64,000 nt of DNA from Mobula birostris (lineage: Eukaryota), in assembly GCF_030028105.1 (NCBI RefSeq), contig NC_092378.1, positions 80,674,134 through 80,738,133 of the forward strand, in the 5' to 3' direction. Shown here one piece after another: positions 48,570-61,250 of the stretch. The translations under genes were made by a program, and so were the position numbers. The notes under the pieces were generated by a model. That model searched no databases. It was not told the origin of the DNA and saw only the letters and a list, made by a program, of their open reading frames with translations. Positions within the stretch are counted from its first letter, which is position 1. Each line of letters opens with the position of its first letter.

Positions 48570-51110
48570 AGAAGAGACACCAGGATGGTTGTTGCATCCT
48601 GGATGCTAGGGACCGGGATGTATCAGAGTGGCTGTAGGATTTTCTCAATGGGGAGGGTGAGCAGCCAGAGGTCATAGTGCATATTGGCAACAATGACATA
48701 GGTAGAAAAGGGCAAAAGTTCCTGCACAGTGAGTATATAGAGTTAGGTAAGAGGCTGAAAAAAAGGACCTCCAAGGTAGTAATCTCCAGATTTCTTCCTC
48801 TGCCACAGGCTAGTGCAAATGGATGAGTAGCTGAGGAGATGGTGAAGGGGCAAGGTTTCAAGTTCTTGGAGCATTGAAGCCTTTTCTAGTAAAGGGGTGA
48901 CCCGTACAAGAGGGACAGGTTGCACCTGAACTGGAGGGGAACAAATATCCTGGCTGGAAGGTTTACTGATACTGTTCGGGAGAGTTTAAGCTAGTTTTGC
49001 AGGGGGCTGGGAACCGGAGCACCAGGTCACTAAGTTAAGGATCAGACAGGAAGGCAGATGTCAGGGAAAGTATTGAAAGGCAAAATTGAATTAACAGGTA
49101 TGATGGGTTGGATGTTCGAAGTGTGTGTATTTTAATAGTCATAGTCATACCTTACTAATACCAGGGGAAATTGGTTTTTGTTACAGTTGCTCCATAAATA
49201 ATTAGTAACAGAACCATAAATAGTTAAATAGTAATATGTAAATTATGCCAGTAAATTATGAAATAAGCCCAGGACCAGCCTATTGGCTCAGGATGTCTGA
49301 CTCTCCAAGGGAGGAGTTGTAAAGTTTGATGGCCACAGGCAGGAATGACTTCCTATGACGCTCAGTGCTGCATCTCGGTGGAATGAGCCTCTGGCTGAAT
49401 GTACTCCTTTGCCCACCCAGTACATTATGTAGTGGATGGGAGACATTGACCAAGATGGCATGCAACTTAGACGGCGTCCTCTTTTCAGACACCACCATGA
49501 GAGAGTCCAGTTCCATCCCCACAACATCACTGGCCTTACGAATGAGTTTGTTGATTCTGTTGGTGTCTGCTACCCTCAGCCTGCTGCCCCAGCACACAAC
49601 AGCAAACATGATAGCACTGGCCACCACAGACTCGTAGAACATCCTCAGCATTGTCTGGCAGATGTTAAAGCACCTCAGTCTCCTCAGGCAATAGAGATGG
49701 CTCTGACCCTTCTTGTAGACAGCCTCAGTGTTCTTTGACCAGTCCAGTTTATTGTCAATTCGTATCCACAGGTATTTGTAATCCTCCACCATGTCCACAC
49801 TGACCCCCCGCATGGAAACAGTGGTCACCGGTACCTTAGCTCTCCTCAGGTCTACCACCAGCTCCTTAGTCTTTTTCACATTAAGCTGCAGATAATTCTG
49901 CTCACACCATGTGACAAAGTTTCCTGCCGTAGCCCTGTACTCAGCCTCATCTCCCTTGCTGATGCAGTCATCCGAAAACTTCTGAAGATGACAAGACTCT
50001 GTGCAGTTGTTGAAGTCCAAGGTGTAAATGGTGAAGAGAAAGAGAGACAAGACAGTCCCCTGTGGAGCCCCAGTGCTGCTGATCACTCTGTCGGACACAC
50101 AGTGTTGCAAGCAGACATACTACGGTCTGCCAGTCAGGTAATCAAGAATCCATGATACCAGGGAAGCATCCACCTGCATCGCTGTCAGCTTCTCCCCCAG
50201 CAGAGCAGGGCGGATGGTGTTGAACGCACTGGAGAAGTCAAAAAACATGACCCTCACAGTGCTCGCTGGCTTGTCCAGGTGGGCATAGACACGGTTCAGC
50301 AGGAAGACGATGGCATCCTCAACTCCTAGTTGGGGCAGGTAGGTGAACTGGAAGGGATCTAAGTGTGGCCTGACCATAGGCCGGAGCAGCTCCAGAACAA
50401 GTCTCTCCAGGGTCTTCATGATGTGGGAGATCAATGCTACCGGTCTGTAGTCACTGAGGCTGCTGGGGTGTGGCGTCTTCGGCACAGGGACGAGGCAGGA
50501 TATCTTCCGCAATACAGGAACCCTCCGGAGCCTCAGGCTCAGGTTGAATACATGGCGAAGTACTCCACGTAGCTGAGGGGCACAGGCTAGGAGTATTATG
50601 GGTCAAGGTGATGAACTTAGAGCATGGATCAGTGTATGAACCTATCATGTTGTTACCATGATAGTTGGTTGAGAGAGGGGAAGGAATGGATGATTAATGT
50701 ACCAGGTTTTCAAAGTTTTAGAAAAGATAATGAGGGACGTGAAAAAGGTGGGACAGGCAGCTGCACTACTAGTCAGGGACAATATCACTGCTGCACTCAG
50801 GGAAGACATAATGGAGGGTTCAGACATTGAGTCCATTTGGGTAGAACTCAAGAATAAGAAGGGTTGAATCACACTGGTGGGATTGTACTACAGACCCCCC
50901 AATACCCACCGGGACATTGAGAAAAAGATATGTAATCAGATTAAGGAAATGTGCAAAAATAAAAAGGGTTGTTGTCATGGGGGATTTCAACTTCCCTAAT
51001 ATAAACTGGGACCTCTTTAGTGCAAGGGGTTTAGGTGGGTCAGAATTTGTTAACTGTATCCAGGAAGGTTTCTGAAATCAATACGTGGATGGTCCAACGA
51101 GAGGAGGAGA
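48570..51110 (+). mobile_element. CR1 ORF1 (SGNH esterase) into ORF2 APE remnant, interrupted by a Rex1 element
   Basis: Translates PEVIVHIGNNDIGRK and YKRDRLHLNWRGTNILAGRF. GTGTATTTTAAT|..AGGAGTATT rejoins across 49136-50588, followed by YYRPP and MGDFNFP. Confidence 0.8.
49136..50588 (-). mobile_element. Rex1/Babar LINE, RT domain and 3' end
   Basis: ORFs 50120-50512 (PVPKTPHPSSLSDYRPVAL..FFDFSSAFNTI) and 49280-50110 (GAPQGTVLS..KFSDD..LQLNVKKTKELVVD); short (CTATGA)n tail. Confidence 0.93.
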
Positions 51111-51114
51111 AGAG

Positions 51115-51780
51115 GTCTAAAACAGTGAGTATATTGAGTTAGGAAAGAGGCTGAAGAGAAGGACCTCCAAGGTAGTAATCTCCAGATTACTCAATGGGCT
51201 ACTGCAGGTCAGAATAGGGTGATGGCACGGATGAATGAGTGGCTGAGGAGATGGTGCAGAGGGCAGCGTTTCAAGTTCTTGGATCACTGGAAGGGGAAGG
51301 GGTGACCTGTACAAGAGGATGGGTTGCATCTGAACTGGAGGGGAACCAATATCCTAGCCGGGAGGTTTGCTAATGTTCTTTGGGTGGGTTTAAACTTGTT
51401 TTGCAGGGGACTGGGAACTGGAGCCCCAGGTCAGTAAGAGAAGGATCAGACAGGAAGGAAGATGTCAGGAAAAGTACTGAAAAGCAGAATCAAAATAACA
51501 GGCATAATGGATCGGATAGTTTGAAGCATGTGTATTTTAATGGTAGGAGTATTAATGGGTAAGGGCAATGAACTTAGAGCATGAATCCGTGCATGGAACT
51601 ACGATGTTGTAGCCCTTACTGAAACTTGATTGAGAGAGGGTCAGGAATGGGTGATTAATGTATTAGGTTTTTGAAGCTTTAGAAAAGATAGAGGAGGTAA
51701 CGGCAGGGGTGGAGTTGCACTCATGATCAGCATTGCACTCGTGGAAGATATAATGGAGGGGTCAGACACTAAGTCTACTT
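51115..51780 (+). mobile_element. Second tandem copy of the CR1 ORF1-end/ORF2-start segment
   Basis: Parallels 48725-49135 plus 50589-50850, but without the Rex1 insertion. Confidence 0.75.
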
Positions 51781-51996
51781 GTGTGGAAGGCGTTTGACAA
51801 AGTCCCTCATGGGAGCTAATCTAGAAGATTAAGATGCATGGAGTCCAAGCTGAGATGGCTGTTTGGATTCAGAAGGGGTTTGCACGTAGAAGGCAGAGGG
51901 TAGGAAAGGTGGGACCAGTGGTTTTTACAGACCCAGGTGACTTCTCACAGTTCATCCATGAAACAGGTTATTTTTCTTCCCTTACACTTTTGTTTT

Positions 51997-53153
51997 GAAA
52001 CACATTGATGAAGGAAGAGCTTTAGATGTAGTGTATATGGATTTCAGCAAGGCATTTGACAAGGTACCCCATGCCAGGCTGATTGAGAAAGTAAGGAGGC
52101 ATGGGATCCAAGGGGACATTGTTTTGTGGATCCAGAACTGGCTTGTTAACAGAAGGCAAAGAGTGGTTGTAGATGGGTCATATTCTGCATGGAGGTTGGT
52201 CACCAGTGGATTGCCTTGGGGATCTGTTCTGGGACCCTTACTCTTCGTGATTTTTATAAATGACCTGGGTGAGGAAGTGGAGGATGGGTTAGTAAGTTTA
52301 CTGATGACACAAAGGTTGGAGGTGTTGTGTATAGTGTGGAGGACTGTCAGAGGTGACAGCAGGACATTGATAAGATGCAAAACTGGGCTGAGAAGTGGCA
52401 GATGGAATTCAACCCAGATAAGTGTGAAGTGGTTCATTTTGGGAGGTCAAATATGATGGCAGAAAATAGTATTAATGGTAAGAATCCTGGCAGTGTGGAG
52501 GATCAGAGGGATCTTGGAGTCCGAGTCCATAGGACACTCAAAGCAGCTGCGCAGGTTGAATCTGTGGTTAAGAAGGCGTACGGTGTATTGGACTTCATCA
52601 ATTGTAGAATTGAATTTAGGAGCCGAGAGGTAATGTTGCATCTATGTTGCCCTAGTCAGACCCCACTTGGAGTACTGTACTCAGTTCTGGTCACCTCAAT
52701 ACAGGAAGGATGTGGAAGGCATAGAAAGGGTGCAGAGGAGATTTACAAGGATGTTGCTTGGATTGAGGAGCATGCCTTATGAGAATAAGTTGAGTGAACT
52801 TGGCCTTTTCTCCTTGGAGCGACAGAGGATGAGAGGTGACCTGATAGAGGTGTATAAGATGATGAGAGGCATTGATCGTGTGGATAGTCAGAGGCTTTTT
52901 CCCAGGGCTGAAATAGTTGCCACAAGAGGACACAGGTTTAAGGTGCTGGGGAGTAGGTACAAAGGAGATGTCAGGGGTAAGTTTGTTACTCAGAGAGTGG
53001 TGAGCGTGTGGAATTGGCTTGTGGTAACGGATACAGTAGGGTCTTTTAAGAAATTTTTGGATAGGTACATGGAGCTTAGTAAAATAGAGGGCTATAAGTA
53101 AGCCTAGTAATTTCTAAGTTAGGGACATGTTGGGCACAACTTTGTAGGCCGAA
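51997..53153 (+). mobile_element. CR1 RT region and 3' UTR, frameshifted
   Basis: ORFs 51995-52456 ([16 protein letters not shown]), 52375-52782 and 52667-53101. Confidence 0.93.
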
Positions 53154-53844
53154 GTCCATGATCTACAATTCAAATTACGGTTCTTTGTAGACGGTGGGTT
53201 TTCAGACTGGCTGTGCAGCTTAGCACTTTGCTAACTCCAGCAGCAGCCTGGAAGATGTGCAGCTTTAGGGAGTTGCCCCATAGATGTCCCAGTCCCTTGC
53301 CGATTTCATCGATTGAAGAATCATGGGAGATTGATGTCAGAAGAAGGCCTTAGTACTCAAGAGACCCCTCTTCTTCTTTTAATGGAAGGTGAAGCCTGTC
53401 GATCCCTGAGTCAGAGGTGCTTGGAGAAGCAACATGGAAGATTGTAACAGTAGAACAGCAAGTTGCTGGTGTCCACTCTCAACTGTTGCTGGAATGACCT
53501 CTCTCCCTCGATACAGGGAGAGAGAGCCTGTCTGAAATATTGAAGTACTGGGTTGTGCACTGTGGCTTTTGAAGGACTCTAGATCAGGGTTTCTTTGGGG
53601 GCTTTTGTTATTGCTTGTTTGGTCGGGGGGCAGCGGGTCTGGGTTTCTGCTGGTGCAAGTTGGGTGCAGGGGAGGGGTGGGCTTAATGCTTCTGCTACCG
53701 CTAGTGTGATAGGTGAGGGGGGCTTCGGGGTTACTCTATGGTGTTTCTTGTTTGATGGACATCTGTGAAGAGTAAGAAATTCAGGTTTTATACTATGTTT
53801 GTACATACATTCTCTGTTAATTAAATTGAACCATTTGGTACATT

Positions 53845-55560
53845 TGATTTTGGTCAAAGGGACTTATTCAAACTGGAGGTCTGTAATTAGTGGTGTTCCA
53901 CAGGGATCTATGCTGAGACCTCTACTGTTTTTGATGAATACAAATGACCTGGATGAAAACGTAGATGGGTGGGATCAAAGTTCAAAGTATGTATAAATCA
54001 TAAAACTATGAAACAAGGACAAAACAAGAAACTCAAAAGAGCCCATTAAAAAAAAAGGCTAACAAATACCCAATGTGCAGAGAGGGGAAAAAGAATCAAT
54101 TCCTGCAAAGTATAAAAACAAGCAACAGCATTCACAACTAAAGTGAGTCCCTGGATACAAAGCCCAGAGCAGCTGGATCAGGCCTACAGCCTCAGGCTCA
54201 ATGCTGTAGAGAGCGGAGTAAACATCACAGAACAGTGAATAGATCTGGCCTGATCCTCACCACCAGTCCCAACACCCAGCCCTTTCAATCCATCCGGCCT
54301 GGCATTTAACTTGTCCAAACATCAGGTCATTCCTAGCACTGGGACCCGGACCTTGTTGCATCAATACTGTCCGGGCCTCGACCTCGATGCCATATTCCGG
54401 CCCATACCCAACCTTTCCAAATCAGCCCAGCGTTTAGATCGATCCATCCTTGTTCTTGGTTTAGGTGGACAGGCTCCGAAACAACCTTCTCTCTGACATT
54501 TTTCTGCTTCACGCGCCCTGACTCTATCTCGACCTTGTTCCGACTACATCCCCTTGACCATGTCTCGACCTTGCTTCAACTTTGTATTACACTCACATGC
54601 TTCAACCCTCAAGTCAGCTTCTCCTTCGCTCAGCTCTTCATTGTTCGCTGTGATCAAAGTTTACAGATGATACCAAGATAGGTGGAGTTGTGGATCATGT
54701 AGAAGACTGACAAGGAATACAGCACAATATAGACCAGTTGCAGATACGAGCAGAGAAATGGCAGATGGAGATTAAACCAGACAGATGTGAATATTACACC
54801 CTGCTGGGGCAAATGCAAGGAGACAATATACTGTTAAGGGCAAGACACTTAACAGTGTTTCTGAGCAGAGGGATCTGAGGTCCAAGTTCATAGCTCCATG
54901 GAAGTGGCTACACAGGTCAAGAAGGCTTATAGAATGGTTCCTTTTATTAGTTGAGGCATTGAGTTCAAAAGTCAAGAGGTTATATTGAAACTTTATAAAA
55001 CTCTGGTAAGGTCACATCTGGCGTATTGCATACAGTTCTGGTCACCCCCACTATAAGAAAGATGTTGAAGCTTTGGAGAGGGTGCGAGGAGGTTCACCAG
55101 GATGCTGCTTGGTTTAGAGGGCACGTGCTACCACGAGAGGCCGGATAAACTTGGGTCTTTTTCTCTGGAGCAGCAGAGCCTGAGGGGGAGATCTGAAAGA
55201 GGTTTATAAGATTATGAGAGGCATAAATAGAGTGGAGAGAGAGTATCTGTTTTCCAAGTTTGAAATGTGTAATATCAGAGGGCATGCATTGAAGATGAGA
55301 TCAATTAGGTTCAAAGAGGATATGAGGGGTAAGTTTTTTACACGGAGAATGCTGGATACCTGGAATGCATTGCCTGGTATGGAGGTAGTGTCAAATACAT
55401 TAGAGGCTTTTAAGAGACGTTTGGAATGTGAGGAAGTTGAAGGGATATGGACATTGTGTAGGTAGGAGGGATTAGTTTTGTAGGGGGAGATTGATTTACT
55501 TTTTAGCTGTTTTGGCACAACATTCTGTGGCTAAGGGCTTGTTCCTATGTTCTATGTTAT
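53845..55560 (+). mobile_element. Old CR1 RT/3' end split by another repeat at ~53975-54655
   Basis: SGVPQGSML.PLLFL..NDLDENVDGW at 53890-53970 resumes as KFTDDTKIGG at ~54657. Confidence 0.8.
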
Positions 55561-56465
55561 AGTTGGGTGGTCAACACAGTATTCACGGACTTGTTGGCCA
55601 AAGGGCCTGTATTTGTGCCATAAACAAGTATTCATGCTCTAAAACAAGAAAATAAATGTGTGAGAAATATCAACGATGCTGCCAATACAAGCTCGTCCAT
55701 TCCTCATACTGGCACTAGATGAGAATTGCACTGCCTGCTTTTAGAGAACAGTTTGTTTATCATAATTTTCCTACTTGAATTCTCTGCAGTGTAGCACAGC
55801 TCTTTACTTTGATCAGATAATTCAACTTAATGCTCCCTGCCTTAGCCATGCTTTTGACATGATCCCAGTGAAGAGACTTCAAGGGTTCCTAAAATCTTCT
55901 TGATTATTGAAGAACTGCTTCAAGTGGGAAACAGGTTTAGATTGTGATCTGTCAAAACTTGGAAGTAACACTGTGCATGAATGAAGTTGGGAGGAGAGAG
56001 GAGCAAGAGGTTTTGTACAGAAAGAAAGCAGATATATCAGATGAGTCTGATTAATCCAACTATTGTGCTGAGATGATTAAATATCTCAGGCCAACCAGGC
56101 AGTTATGGGGTGATTGCCCGTAGATTCTGATAAATAGCAATTTGAGCAGCATCTACCGTAGAGGAGAAAAGGAATTGTCAATGTTTCGGGTCTAAACTCT
56201 ATATGAGAATGAAATAACAACAATTCCTTTCCCCTTACAGATGCACTGGACCTACTGCTTTCCTGCAGCGGATTGATTGTCAACCAATATACACCTAGAA
56301 ATCTGGTGTTGTGTATATGTAAGCTCTGGACAGGTCATGTTGGTGCCAGAAGCATGATAACACTTGTGGGCTGCCCCCAGCACATCCTTGGATGGTGCTG
56401 ATTGTTGACACGAACAATGCATTTTGCTGTACATTTTGATGTTTCAATGTACATGTGACAAATAA

Positions 56466-56873
56466 CTTACTGCCCATTACACCACTGACCTATAGAGTAG
56501 CAATGAAGGCACTCTTATCTCTACCGATGTTCAGGGCCTCCTTCATCATGTCAGTAGCCTCCTCTCAGTTTTCACTACTGTCAGTCATACAAGTCCCAGT
56601 TGGAGACTCAGGAATACCATCACACTCAGATGTAGAAGGAATCTTCATTGCTGTTACCATACCAGTTTTGTTTTACCATTCATGGTTGTTAGCCCTGAAC
56701 CTGGAGGACTGGTGGACTACTATTAGTCTGGCCTCTACTCTTTGACCTGTTTGGCATGGGTGACCCTACCAAGAGCCAAAGCATAAAGCCAGACTCCAGC
56801 CAACATAGCTTTCCATGTCATAGAGGCACGCAAGCCACCAAACCCTATGGCAAGGTTGTGGTCCTCCTGGAGG
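56466..56873 (-). mobile_element. Short non-autonomous RTE-type retroelement (408 bp) with 12-bp TSD
   Basis: TSD TGTGACAAATAA at 56454-56465 and 56874-56885. The 5' region GGACCACAACCTTG..GGCTTGCGTGCC..AGCTATG..GTAGGGTCACCCATGCC..ACAGGTC resembles RTE/BovB-type 5' ends. Confidence 0.72.
56714..56873 (-). ncRNA. Putative HDV-like ribozyme (decayed copy) at the element 5' end
   Basis: Minus-strand order: P1 CCUCCA, P2 GGACCAC, P3 AACC, loop UUGCCAUAG, P3' GGUU, P1' UGGUGG, long P4 region, J4/2 CUAA, P2' GUAGUCC. P1 and P2 each have one mismatch. Confidence 0.5.
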
Positions 56874-56989
56874 TGTGACAAATAAAGCTAATCTTTAATC
56901 ATTATGGCAAAGGAGTGTACTGCCACAGTATTACAGTATTTCATTTTTGCAGTTCTGTAAAAGCAGAGCGTTCTGTTTTCAGAATGGTT

Positions 56990-59900
56990 TAGGCTCTAGA
57001 TAGGGAGCTATGATGTTCAACTTAGGAATGTGGTGTTGACCAATCAGGATGGTGGAATCAGAAGACAGTTTGAGAGAGTGGGGCGGAGAGAGGTTTCTGA
57101 CAGACAGTGTGGTTCGTGGGGTTTTTTGGCAGGAGCTGCGAAGAGGACAGGAGGGAAGATGGCTGAAAATGCTGTCCCTGTTGCACAGGTTGCTTTCCTT
57201 GGATGCTTGGCTCCAGGGAGAACAGGGCAAAACTCCCAACGAGAGTGCCCATTTGTTCAAGATGGATTTTGAGTGACGTTCGAAATGTGGTGTGTGCTTT
57301 CATGCAGACCGAGGGTCCAGCATATGAGTTCCTGATGACTCCAGTATGAGCTCCAACTGCAGGTGCATATTTGGACTGGGTTAACTGGAATGGGCCCTTT
57401 TTTTCATTTTCTTTTTCCTACTAACTGTTTGATGAAACTGAAATTTGTACATACGTTTTCTTTATAATTTTATGCGGTGTATGATTTTTTTATTTCTGCC
57501 AACCGACAAATGTGTTTGGGCAGTATTTACACAGCATTCCCTCCAATCGAGGTTTCTTTAAATGGGACACCATGACGTTTCTGGGGTCTTCTCACTGCTG
57601 AATCCCTTGGATGTTAATGGGTCCAGCAATGAGCCAAGTTTCCATACGAGCACAGTAAAGGAGCTTCATTGTGGTGGCTCTCATCCGGTGATTCACTGAA
57701 TGCTGTGTAATAGAACATAGAACAGTACAGCACAGTACAGGCCCTTCAGCCCACAATGTTGTGCCGACCCTCAAACCCTGCCTCCCATATAAGCCCCCAC
57801 CTTAAATTCCTCCATATACCTGTCTGGTAGTCTCTTAAATTTCACGAGTGTATCTGCCTCCACCACTGACTCAGGCAGTGCATTCCATGCACTAACCACT
57901 CTCTGAGTAAAAAACCTTCCCCTAATATCCCCCTGGAACTTCCCACCCCTTACCTTAAAGCCATGTCCTCTTGTACTGAGCAGTGGTGCCCTGGGGAAGA
58001 TGGCGCTGGCTATCCACGCTATCTATTCCTCTTATTATCTTGTACACCTCTATCGTGTCTCCTCTCATCCTCTTTCTCTCCAAAGAGTAAAGCCCTAGCT
58101 CCCTTAATCGTTGATCATAATCCATACTCTCTAAACCAGGCAGCATCCTGGTAAATCTGCTCTGTACCCTTTCCAATGCTTCCACATCCTTCCTATAGTG
58201 AGGCGACCAGAACTGGACACAGTACTCCAAGTGTGGCCTAACCAGAGTTTTATAGAGCTGCATCATTACATCGCGACTCTTAAAATCTACCCCTCGACTT
58301 ATGAAAGCTAACACCCCATAAGCTTTCTTAACTACCCTATCCACCTGTGATGCAACTTTCAGGGATCTGTGGACATGTACCCCCAGATCCCTCTGCTCCT
58401 CCACCCTACCAAGTATCCTACCAAGAGTACTTTGTACTCTGCCTTGGAGTTTGTCCTTCCAAAGTGTACCACCTCACACTTCTCCGGGTTGAACTCCATC
58501 TGCCACTTCTCAGCCCACTTCTGCATCCTATCAATATCTCTCTGCAATCTTTGACAATTCTCTACATTATCTACAACACCACCAACCGTTGTGTTGTCTG
58601 CAAACTTGCCAACCCACCCTTTTACCCCCACATCCAGGTCGTTAATAAAAATCACGAAAAGTAGAGGGCCCAGAACAGATTCTTATGGGACACCACTAGT
58701 CACAAACCTCCAATCTGAATGTCCTCCCTCCACCACGACCGTCTGCCTTCTGCAGGCAAGCCAATTCTGAATCCACCTGGCCAAACTTCCCTGGATCCCA
58801 AGCCTTCTGACTTTCTGAATAAGCCGACCGTGTGGAACCTTGTCAAATGCCTTACTAAAATCCATATAAATCACATCCACTGCACTACCCTCATCTATAT
58901 GCCTGGTCACCTCCTCAAATAACTCTATCAGGCTTGTTAGATACAATCTGCCCTTCACAAAGCCATGCTGACTGTCCCTGATCAGACCATGATTCTCTAA
59001 ATGCCCAGAGATCCTATCTCTAAGAATCTTTTCCAACAGCTTTCCCACCACAGATGTAAGGCTCACTGGTCTATAATTACCCGGATTATCCCTACTACCT
59101 TTTTTGAACAAGAGGATAACATTTGCCTTCCTAAAACCCTCCGGTACCATTCCCGTGGACAACAAAGACATAAAGGTCCTAACCAGAGGCTCAGCAATCT
59201 CTTCCCTCGCCTCGTGGAACAGCCTGGGGAATATTCCATCAGGCCTCGGGGACTTATCCATCCTAATGTATTTTAATAACTCGAACACTTTCTGTCCCTT
59301 AATACCAACATGCTCCAGAACATCAACCTCATTCATATTGTCCTCACCGTCATCAAGTTCCCTCTCATTGGTGAATACCGAAGAGAAGTATTCATTGAGG
59401 ACCTCGCTCACTTCCACAGCCTCCAGGCACATCTTTCCACCTTTATCTCTAATCGGTCCTACCTTCACTCCTGTCATCCCTTTTTTCTTCACATAATTGA
59501 AGAATGCTTTGGGGTTTTCCTTTACCCTACTCGCCATGGCCTTCTCATGCCCCCTTCTTGCTCTTCTCAGCCCCTTCTTAAGCTCCTTTCTTGCTTCCCT
59601 ATATTCCTCAATAGACCCATCTAATCCCTGCTTCCTAAACCTCATGTATGCTGCCTTCTTCCACCTGACTAGATTTTCCACCTCACTTGTCACCCATGGT
59701 TCCTTCACCCTACCATCCTTTATCTTCCTCACTGGGACTAATTTATCCCTTAACATCTTGCAAGGGATCTTTGAACATCGACCACATGTCCGTAGTACAT
59801 TTCCCTGCAAAAACATCATCCCAGTTCACACCCGCAAGTTCTAGCCTTATAGCCTTATAATTTGCCCTTCCCCAATTAAAAATTTTCCTGTTCTGTCTGA

Positions 59901-61250
59901 TTCTATCCTTTTCCATGCTAATGCTAAAGGCCAGGGAGCGGTGGTCACTGTCCCCCAGATGCTCTCCCACTGAGAGATCTGTGACCCGACCCAGTTCATT
60001 ACCTAGTACTAGATTTAGTATGGCATTCCCCCTAGTCAGCCGGTCCATATACTGTGACAGGAATCCGTCCTGGACACACTTAACAAACTCTGCCCCATCT
60101 AAACCCTTGGAACTAATCAGGTGCCAATCAATATTAGGGAAGTTAAAGTCACCCATGATAACAACCCTGTTATTTTTGCACCTTTCCAAAATCTGCTTCC
60201 CAATCTGCTCCTTTGTATCTCTGCTGCTACCAGGGGGCCTATAGAATACCCCCAATAAAGTAACTGCTCCCTTCCTGTTCCTGACTTCCACCCATACTGA
60301 CTCAAAAGAGGATCCTGCTACATTACGCACCCTTTCTGTAGCTTTAATAGTATCCCTGACCAGTAGCGCCACCCCTCCTCCCCTTTTTCCGCCCTCTCTA
60401 TCCCTTTTAAAGTACTGAAATCCAGGAATATTGAGAATCCATTCCTGCCCTGGTGCCAGCCAAGTCTCTGTAATGGCCACTGCGTCATAATTCCATGTAT
60501 GTATCCAAGCTCTCAGTTCATCACCTTTGTTCCTGATGCTTCTTGCATTGAGGTACACACATCTCAGCCCTTCTACCTTACTGTCTGTACACCGTTTATT
60601 CTGCTTCTCTTTCCTCAAAGCCTCTCTGTATGTTAGATCTGGCTTTACTCCATGCTGTTAAGAACTGATTAAGCAGTGGTTTGTGTGTTGAAGCTTGAAT
60701 TCAAACTTGTGTCGGGGAAAATGATTAAGATATTTTATTATGTACACCGTAGGGATTAACTTTGGTGTGATTCAAAGAGATTACTCACAAATAATGCTTG
60801 TGTTTGGAGCAGGGTGGAATCTGCAGCCCTGATGAATTGCTAATTCGAGTGCCTAGTTCTGTGAAAGTATGTCGTGTTAGTCCAGACTAGCAGTGATGTG
60901 ACTGAAGTCACACTGCCTGATAAATTGGGAGACCCTGGAGAGGTGAGGCCATGGGTAGTCTATATTTTTAGAGAATAGGGCCATGTATCTAAGGGCAAAG
61001 ACATTAAAAGCAAGTTGTTTTCATTCCTGCAAAATGAGGGGAAAGAGTTGCCTGATTTAAAAGGTCTAATGCGTCCTTCAGCAATTGATTTAAATTCTGA
61101 ACTGGTTTTGGCTATTACATCACTGGTTGATAAATGCAGAAGTATTTCCTTGGAGAGGCAAAGTTATTGTTGGCTGCAATTGTTCTCTGGAGTCAAGCCC
61201 ACAGGAGCAAAATGGGAAAAGTTGATTGCATCCCTGTTTAGTCCTTGATG
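56990..61250 (+). mobile_element. Gypsy-type LTR/leader plus PNMA-like gag remnant, split by a CR1
   Basis: LTR-like sequence at ~56990-57600. 60880-61210 translates LVQTSSDVTEVTLPDKLGDPGEVRPWVV and SFLQNEGK...SYCWLQLFSGVKP, resembling PNMA/Gypsy gag (FL..EG, YxxLxxFSG). Confidence 0.55.
57709..60655 (-). mobile_element. CR1 LINE with essentially complete ORF2 (APE plus RT) broken by a few frameshifts; ORF1 absent
   Basis: ORFs 59743-60618 (APE), 58683-59819, 58359-58655 and 57955-58404; reverse tail TAGAACATAGAAC at ~57710. Confidence 0.96.

Noticed and set aside
55865-55935. Possible small host exon (AG...GT bounded open stretch); a similar case at ~8677-8712
   Set aside because: Weak splice context and no recognisable peptide; cannot be supported without RNA data.
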